DNA of 64,000 nucleotides. Origin: a virus. Its lineage: Duplodnaviria; Caudoviricetes. The stretch covers positions 66 to 64,065 of IMG/VR virus record IMGVR_UViG_3300008267_009718. One strand, given 5' to 3'. Of this stretch, positions 58,581 through 64,000 are shown piece by piece (within the stretch, counting starts at the first letter, position 1; the number at the start of each line of letters is the position of its first letter). The notes below the pieces were generated by a model, which saw only the letters and a program-made list of their open reading frames with translations, ran no database searches and was not told the origin of the DNA. The position numbers were made by a program, and so were the translations under genes.

Positions 58581-60269
58581 TTAACATTCTTTTCTTAAAG
58601 TAGATTCATAGTGTTCAAATCTATTGTGTTCAGTAGGGGTTAATAATAAAATACCAGGATTTATTTCACCATTAACAGTTTTTTGATAACAATGAGACAT
58701 TAATGTTTGTTCAAAAGGATGTTCAAAAACTGTTTCTAAATAACATTTGTAATTACCAATTTTTGACATTAAAATGGGCCAATTACATAGATATATTTCA
58801 CCTGTAGCGTATGGTACTCCTTGAAAAGACTTTATATGTTTGAATTCGGTATTTGGTGAATTTGGATCCAAACCTTGATGAGGTAATTTTGGATTATTCA
58901 CCCAATGTGTTTCTCTGAAATTTTGAGGTACGTTGTACCAAGACCATTGTTTGTCATTTGAACCATAAAATTCAGTAAAATTAAGTTTAAGAAAATCAAA
59001 ACTTTCTTTTTGGAGGATGTTTAATGATTTATTATATAATTTTTTTACATACCTATTAAACCCATTTTTACATATTTCATTTTTTTTAGTGTAAAACAAC
59101 ATATCATCCTCAAAAAAGAAATAATAACCTAAATCTGTTTGTTCATCAAAGTGTTTTGCTATAAATTGTCTCCCCCCTGTTATACCAATATTATCTTTTT
59201 TTATGTGTGTAAATCCGAATTTATCACATAGTTCTATATATTTTTCAGTAGTGTTTAAATCAGTAGAATTATTTAGAAGGAATTTTTTTGTTTTTGTTAT
59301 AAAATCTGTGTCATATTCTAACATAGAGTTTATTAAAGTTTCAAATTGATTAGGAGAATTAAATGTTATAACATATAACCCAACATTGTTTCCGTTGGTT
59401 CGAGTTATTGTATCAAATTTTAAATCTTTTGTGTCAAAATTTTTAAGAGTAACGTTGTTAATTTTAACATCTTCAAAAAATTTATAAATTAAACCATTAG
59501 ACTCAATTTCACAATAATCAATTAACGATGGATAATTATATAATAAAATAGTAAATAAACTTTCTTCCGTACCCATAAATTTATTATTAAGGGTACTAAT
59601 TAAGAGATTATAATATAAGCTGTTTATTTCTGAAATTGTTTGTTTATCTCCACCAAAAAACCCACCTCTCGCAACAACTTTAGGTATGTTATTTGTAAGT
59701 TTTTTCATTTCAGTATAATTAAATCCGTGAACTTCAGTTTCCGCATCATAAGGAAAACAAACAAATAAAAATTTATTCGTTAAATTTTTTATTTTTTCTA
59801 AAACTTTATCGTGTGTAAAATAACCTGAATGTACGGTATTAGTCAAACCTGCGTCAATCCAAAATAGTTTTTCTGAATCGAATTTATCTAAAATTTTAGC
59901 ATCATTTAATAAAAACATTTTTGACATTACTAAAGGATTGTACATCTCGAGTTTTGATTGTGTTGAATCTACCAACCACCCTGTTTGATTATACCACTTT
60001 TCATTTGTTCTAATTTGTTGTATTAAAGTATAATACTCATTATTTTTAAACCAATTAACATCCCTCTCAATAAATTGAGTATTTGATTCATTTCTTCTTT
60101 CAAATACAAACTCTTTGAGTTTTGAGTCTCCGAAAATAATCATAGGATTATCTATTGTTAATAATTCCGAAAATTTAGAAAGGTAAAACTCAAATGAACG
60201 AGACCAACCTTCATTGAGCCCTCCCCTACCAATGTCCCATAATCCAGTAACAAGCGTTAAATTATTCAT
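58581..60269 (-). CDS. HtrL/YibB-like glycosyltransferase fused to a GT-A (GT2-like) domain
   Basis: TLVTGLWDIGR, FWIDAG, GGFFGG, GTEESLF (HtrL-like); second domain NIGITGGRQF...FFEDDM. Confidence 0.7.
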   Translation of the reverse strand: MNNLTLVTGLWDIGRGGLNEGWSRSFEFYLSKFSELLTIDNPMIIFGDSKLKEFVFERRNESNTQFIERDVNWFKNNEYYTLIQQIRTNEKWYNQTGWLVDSTQSKLEMYNPLVMSKMFLLNDAKILDKFDSEKLFWIDAGLTNTVHSGYFTHDKVLEKIKNLTNKFLFVCFPYDAETEVHGFNYTEMKKLTNNIPKVVARGGFFGGDKQTISEINSLYYNLLISTLNNKFMGTEESLFTILLYNYPSLIDYCEIESNGLIYKFFEDVKINNVTLKNFDTKDLKFDTITRTNGNNVGLYVITFNSPNQFETLINSMLEYDTDFITKTKKFLLNNSTDLNTTEKYIELCDKFGFTHIKKDNIGITGGRQFIAKHFDEQTDLGYYFFFEDDMLFYTKKNEICKNGFNRYVKKLYNKSLNILQKESFDFLKLNFTEFYGSNDKQWSWYNVPQNFRETHWVNNPKLPHQGLDPNSPNTEFKHIKSFQGVPYATGEIYLCNWPILMSKIGNYKCYLETVFEHPFEQTLMSHCYQKTVNGEINPGILLLTPTEHNRFEHYESTLRKEC

Positions 60270-61149
60270 TATTGAGTTCTTCTATTATTTTATAAAAACT
60301 TTTATTTTTCTTTGTATGCGCTATAATATCAAAGTCAGGTATTCTTTCATCTTCATGCCACCAAATATCAAAACTATATGAGTGAAATAATTCTTCGTGA
60401 TTTCGATACATTAAAGACATAATATGTTCCTCAAAGTATAAATTATTGTCTGAAATTGTAACTTCAGTTAAATAGTCGTTGAACAAATCAACAATGTTTT
60501 TCCACAATTCTTTTTTACCTCCAAATAATCCTCCAATAACGTGATAACTTCTATCATATTTTTTGTAATGTATTGGATTAACAGTACCAGACCAATAATT
60601 CCTATCGTTTTCTTTTGCGATTATCGTAAACTTGTTTTCAGTTTTTCTAACTAAATTTCTGAGAAATACATTATTAAAAATATTTGATTCATAATAACCC
60701 TTATTATGATTACCCGTTAGTGACAAGTATTTGTTTGGTAGTAATCCACAATGTGATAGTCCTGCATCAATCCAAAAGTAATAATCATAAGACATATCTT
60801 CATTATTAAACCATTCAAATTTCATATATTGAATCTCTAAACACCTATCTCCGACTTTTGCCTTTTCCACATCTTTATATTTGTTTATTAAATTGGAATA
60901 CCGATTTTTATTTAAATCTGATACAACAATTTTTAACTTCTCCTTGTTAACATTATTTTCAATAAAGAAAAAGGTTTTTAAATCCTCGTACTCTCTATCA
61001 GATGTATAACAAACAAAATCCGCATCTGTCATTTTTAAAAGAGATAACAAACTCCATCGATAATGCCAATATCTATTAGGTCTTCCACCAAATTCACTAC
61101 CGAATAAATCACTATATATTGCAGTAATAAATTTAACAGATGGTTTCAT
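60262..61149 (-). CDS. HtrL/YibB-like putative glycosyltransferase
   Basis: KFITAIY, YYFWIDAGLSH, IGGLFGG, FEEHIMS. Start set at ATG 61149 (MKPSVK); the longer ORF start is an overlap artefact. Confidence 0.65.
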   Translation of the reverse strand: MKPSVKFITAIYSDLFGSEFGGRPNRYWHYRWSLLSLLKMTDADFVCYTSDREYEDLKTFFFIENNVNKEKLKIVVSDLNKNRYSNLINKYKDVEKAKVGDRCLEIQYMKFEWFNNEDMSYDYYFWIDAGLSHCGLLPNKYLSLTGNHNKGYYESNIFNNVFLRNLVRKTENKFTIIAKENDRNYWSGTVNPIHYKKYDRSYHVIGGLFGGKKELWKNIVDLFNDYLTEVTISDNNLYFEEHIMSLMYRNHEELFHSYSFDIWWHEDERIPDFDIIAHTKKNKSFYKIIEELNNE

Positions 61150-61870
61150 ATATTTTTTTTTCTTTTTTTTCTTTATTAGTATTAAAATCCATATATTCGT
61201 TTGGAATTTTAATGGGACTGTAAGAGTTCCAATTATACGTTTGAGTGTAAAAATTATTATACATTCCTTGTGAGATATCCGACCAATCATTACCCTGACA
61301 ACAAATTGGTAGTATAGGGCAATATGATTGATATTTTTGTATTATAAAATGAAATAAGTAATCATCATATGCATAAAAATAATCACCATTTTGATGTGAG
61401 GTATTTTTAATGTTAAAGATTTCGTTTATTACGTTTTTATCGTACACTACCATATTCGCAGCATAGATTTCCCTAAATTCAGGACGTTGTTTTTCAGGGA
61501 GATTTGTCATATCTAAAAGAAACTCACTTTTGTTAGATTTATTAATATGTCTATTTAATGTGGGAGATAAATTTAAGATAGAATAATCCAATCTCTCCAA
61601 TTCAGAATCTAACTTATTAATCAAAGATTTTGCATAAGGCATAAAAAAACAATCATCCTCAATTATCATTACCTTATCAAAATTTCTTTCTTTTGCAAGT
61701 TTTAAGACTTTCAAATGGGATAAAGTACAACCCATATATGAATTAGTGTCAATACCATATACAAGTTCATAATCCCAACCGATATACTCTAATTCTCTCT
61801 TAATCGATTCAAGTCTATCGGGTCTTCTTTTTAAATTAATTACAAACTTGGGAATATCTTTTATTTTCAT
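61133..61870 (-). CDS. GT25-family glycosyltransferase
   Basis: FVINLKRRPDRL, GCTLSHLKVL, IIEDD. Confidence 0.85.
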   Translation of the reverse strand: MKIKDIPKFVINLKRRPDRLESIKRELEYIGWDYELVYGIDTNSYMGCTLSHLKVLKLAKERNFDKVMIIEDDCFFMPYAKSLINKLDSELERLDYSILNLSPTLNRHINKSNKSEFLLDMTNLPEKQRPEFREIYAANMVVYDKNVINEIFNIKNTSHQNGDYFYAYDDYLFHFIIQKYQSYCPILPICCQGNDWSDISQGMYNNFYTQTYNWNSYSPIKIPNEYMDFNTNKEKKEKKIYETIC

Positions 61871-63114
61871 AATAAACCTGTTAATCTAGGACACCATCCC
61901 TTTGATTTACTATACGGCCAAACAACCCAATACTTTGGTTTTTCTGTTGTATGAAATTCTCTCCATATCTTACAATATTTATCGGGATCTTGTTTCATTC
62001 TATTTATTTCATTTATATCGGCATCTTGCCTAAACATAGTTTCATCTTTTTCATTGTGAAACGCTACCACCCAAAAATCATAATCAGTTTCAGGTACACC
62101 ATCAAAAGATAAGTCAATACAATGTTTAAAAATTGTTGTGAAACTATTTAACCATTCTTCTTCATTTTCATACGGATATGGATTAGGTGGGTACTGTTTG
62201 TCAACCGTGTATTGTTGAATTGCTCTTTTTGAGAATAGAATTCCGGCATATTTTTCGTAATCTTTGATTGTTCTTTCATTTCCAAAACCATATTTTCCTA
62301 ATTCACCATTATAAGATTCTCCATCAACACCTAAAATTTCTCTATTTTTTTTATGACACTTTACATTTTTTGTGTGCCATTCTTTATCGTCATCCCACTG
62401 TTTTGTTCTACCCTTTCTTGTGTATTCATGCCAAATTACAGTTCTATTCGGATGAAACAAATCATATCCGTGAGTATATGCTCTCACCGCAATTGATATT
62501 TCTTCTCCGTGAAAATAATATTCAGGGTCGTGTTGAACTTCTTTAGAAAATTGCCCTAATGTAAATGCAAAATGCGCGGAGTAAAATCTTGAAGGTATGG
62601 GTTCTTTAAGTTCTTGCCAATTAGGAATAACTTCAGGTAGAAAGAAAACAACACCTTCGGGTGTAAATCTATCAAAAACCATTCTCCACGGTTCGGTAAC
62701 TCTTCCTTGAGGATCGTTTTCAGGGTCGAAAGATGAAACATATCCAGTTAACAAAGGTTTTTTATAACCTTTCTTTTGTAATTGTTTTAACATCTTAATG
62801 AGGGTTACATCCCAATCTTGTTCGAACCTCATATGAGAATCTAATTGGAGTGTGTACTTCTCTCCTTTGTATAATTGTTGAACTTGATTCCTCGCCCAAC
62901 ATACTCCTGTCGAATCTTGATATGGTACATTTAATATTCTGAATCTTTCATCATTCTCGTATTCAGATAAGTCGTCAAAACCATCTTCAGGGTGATATTG
63001 ACGACAAATACCAAAACGTAAGTTTTCAGGTTTTTTAGATTTATCAATACAATCTTTGATTGTTGGTATAAGTTGGGGGTCTCTATAAGACGCGATTTGA
63101 ATAAAAATTTTCAT
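61867..63114 (-). CDS. GT60-like polypeptide / Skp1-type N-acetylglucosaminyltransferase
   Basis: IFIQIASYRDPQL, GVCWAR, LQLDSHMRF..WD, FHGEEI, GYDLFHP, WHEY. Confidence 0.8.
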   Translation of the reverse strand: MKIFIQIASYRDPQLIPTIKDCIDKSKKPENLRFGICRQYHPEDGFDDLSEYENDERFRILNVPYQDSTGVCWARNQVQQLYKGEKYTLQLDSHMRFEQDWDVTLIKMLKQLQKKGYKKPLLTGYVSSFDPENDPQGRVTEPWRMVFDRFTPEGVVFFLPEVIPNWQELKEPIPSRFYSAHFAFTLGQFSKEVQHDPEYYFHGEEISIAVRAYTHGYDLFHPNRTVIWHEYTRKGRTKQWDDDKEWHTKNVKCHKKNREILGVDGESYNGELGKYGFGNERTIKDYEKYAGILFSKRAIQQYTVDKQYPPNPYPYENEEEWLNSFTTIFKHCIDLSFDGVPETDYDFWVVAFHNEKDETMFRQDADINEINRMKQDPDKYCKIWREFHTTEKPKYWVVWPYSKSKGWCPRLTGLL

Positions 63115-63272
63115 AGTAGTATAATACTAAGATAAACGATGAAAAATATAAATGAATATTTTTATATTACCCAATAAAAGGAGGACTACTTGATGAATGA
63201 GGTAGATGTCTCAAAAGAGAAAAATCCTGTTGTTTCCGATATTGTTAATTGATGAATCGTATAGTATAATTA

Positions 63273-64000
63273 TCACCAACTAGTGATAATGATTACACCA
63301 TCACCTCCGTCTCCACCACGACCACCTGTGGTTCCAGCACCTCCGCCACCTCCACCGCAACCGTATCCACCGTTACCACCTTGTCCACCAGTACCTGTAG
63401 ATATACCACCACCTCCTGTACCACCTGTATTTAAGAATGGTTTAAGTGATTTGATTCCTGGATTTCCATTACCTCCACCAGCAGCACCACCTGCAATAAT
63501 GTTGGTGGGACGGTAAAAACCTCCATCAGCAAAATCAACAGCCCCCTGTAATGTCATTGAACCGCCACCTAAACCGTTATTCGCTGCGGAAGCACCACCA
63601 CCACCTACACCACCTGATAATGGAAATGTGTTCAAAACACCTACAATGGGTGTAGCAACAAATGTTGTTCCGTTACCTCCAGCACTACCCGCTTCACCCC
63701 CATATCCAGCAATGGATTGGTTACCTGTATTTGAAAAAAAACCTAATTTACCAATAGGTCCTAACGTAATAATCGCTACCGAAGCAGCACCTCCACCACC
63801 ACCGCCACCGTTTCCTGTGCTTCCTCTATTACCACCATTTGCTGATAATATAATATTTGGTATGGTTGAACCTGCGGTAGCTCCCTGTCCTAACGAAATA
63901 TATGTTAATGAAGTATCTCCCCCATTTGATGCTGCGGCTCCTCCTCTTCCACCAGGAGATACAAAAATTGAAAGTGTGTCAGGTAAGAATATTGCGGGAA
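63273..64000 (-). CDS. Glycine-rich tail-fibre-type protein (partial; start beyond window end)
   Basis: Frame is open from the window edge (PAIFLPDTLSIFVSPGGRGG...) to GGRGGDGGDGVIIITSW*. Confidence 0.7.
   Translation of the reverse strand, partial: PAIFLPDTLSIFVSPGGRGGAAASNGGDTSLTYISLGQGATAGSTIPNIILSANGGNRGSTGNGGGGGGGAASVAIITLGPIGKLGFFSNTGNQSIAGYGGEAGSAGGNGTTFVATPIVGVLNTFPLSGGVGGGGASAANNGLGGGSMTLQGAVDFADGGFYRPTNIIAGGAAGGGNGNPGIKSLKPFLNTGGTGGGGISTGTGGQGGNGGYGCGGGGGGAGTTGGRGGDGGDGVIIITSW

Noticed and set aside
61140-61290. Poly-Lys run / A-tract at the GT25-HtrL junction as a frameshift or phase-variation site
   Set aside because: The downstream gene has its own ATG at 61149 right after the A-rich leader; a simple 17-nt overlap explains it
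877-63516. Many short ORF-track entries antisense to or nested within long genes (e.g. 26765-27136 +, 41089-41487 +, 53849-54178 -, 63283-63516 +)
   Set aside because: Shadow ORFs of real genes; they mirror low-complexity or codon-biased sense sequence and lack leaders or motifs
1-64000. Alternative genetic code (stop-codon reassignment as in some large phages)
   Set aside because: Genes are full length and tightly packed under code 11, and TAA, TAG and TGA all end genes
1-64000. CRISPR array, tRNA or rRNA genes
   Set aside because: No regularly spaced direct repeats or cloverleaf-like sequences seen; intergenic gaps are mostly under 100 nt

Overview
A 64-kb segment of an AT-rich, large (jumbo-type) myovirus genome, densely coding and mostly on the minus strand, read with the standard code. 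It holds: (i) a contractile-tail/baseplate module (sheath, tube, tail chaperone, tape-measure-like protein, gp25/gp6/gp53-like wedge proteins, a 2318-aa hub, neck and tail-terminator proteins, fibre/adhesin genes with SprB, PKD, Gly-rich and GGxxN repeats); (ii) a T4-like replication module (PolB, gp41/DnaB helicase, gp32-like SSB, RecA/UvsX, 5'-3' exonuclease, SNF2 helicase, class II RNR); (iii) a four-gene glycosyltransferase operon; (iv) enzymes inserted among structural genes (peptidase-SOD fusion, HAD phosphatase, PD-(D/E)XK-like protein, LysM-like protein). SprB/Ig domains and A-rich leaders without Shine-Dalgarno sites suggest a Bacteroidota host. Main hypotheses: phage-encoded O-glycosylation of the virion at a recurring [ST]-[GA]-x-[TS] motif; a +1 frameshift at UUU_UUU_CGG in the tail chaperone; a TATTTAT promoter motif upstream of 16 genes; [IL]-x-E leader motifs marking capsid cargo; and a shared C-terminal 'KxFQD...YxFQ' tag. 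All functional calls come from motif recognition by eye; no database searches were run.
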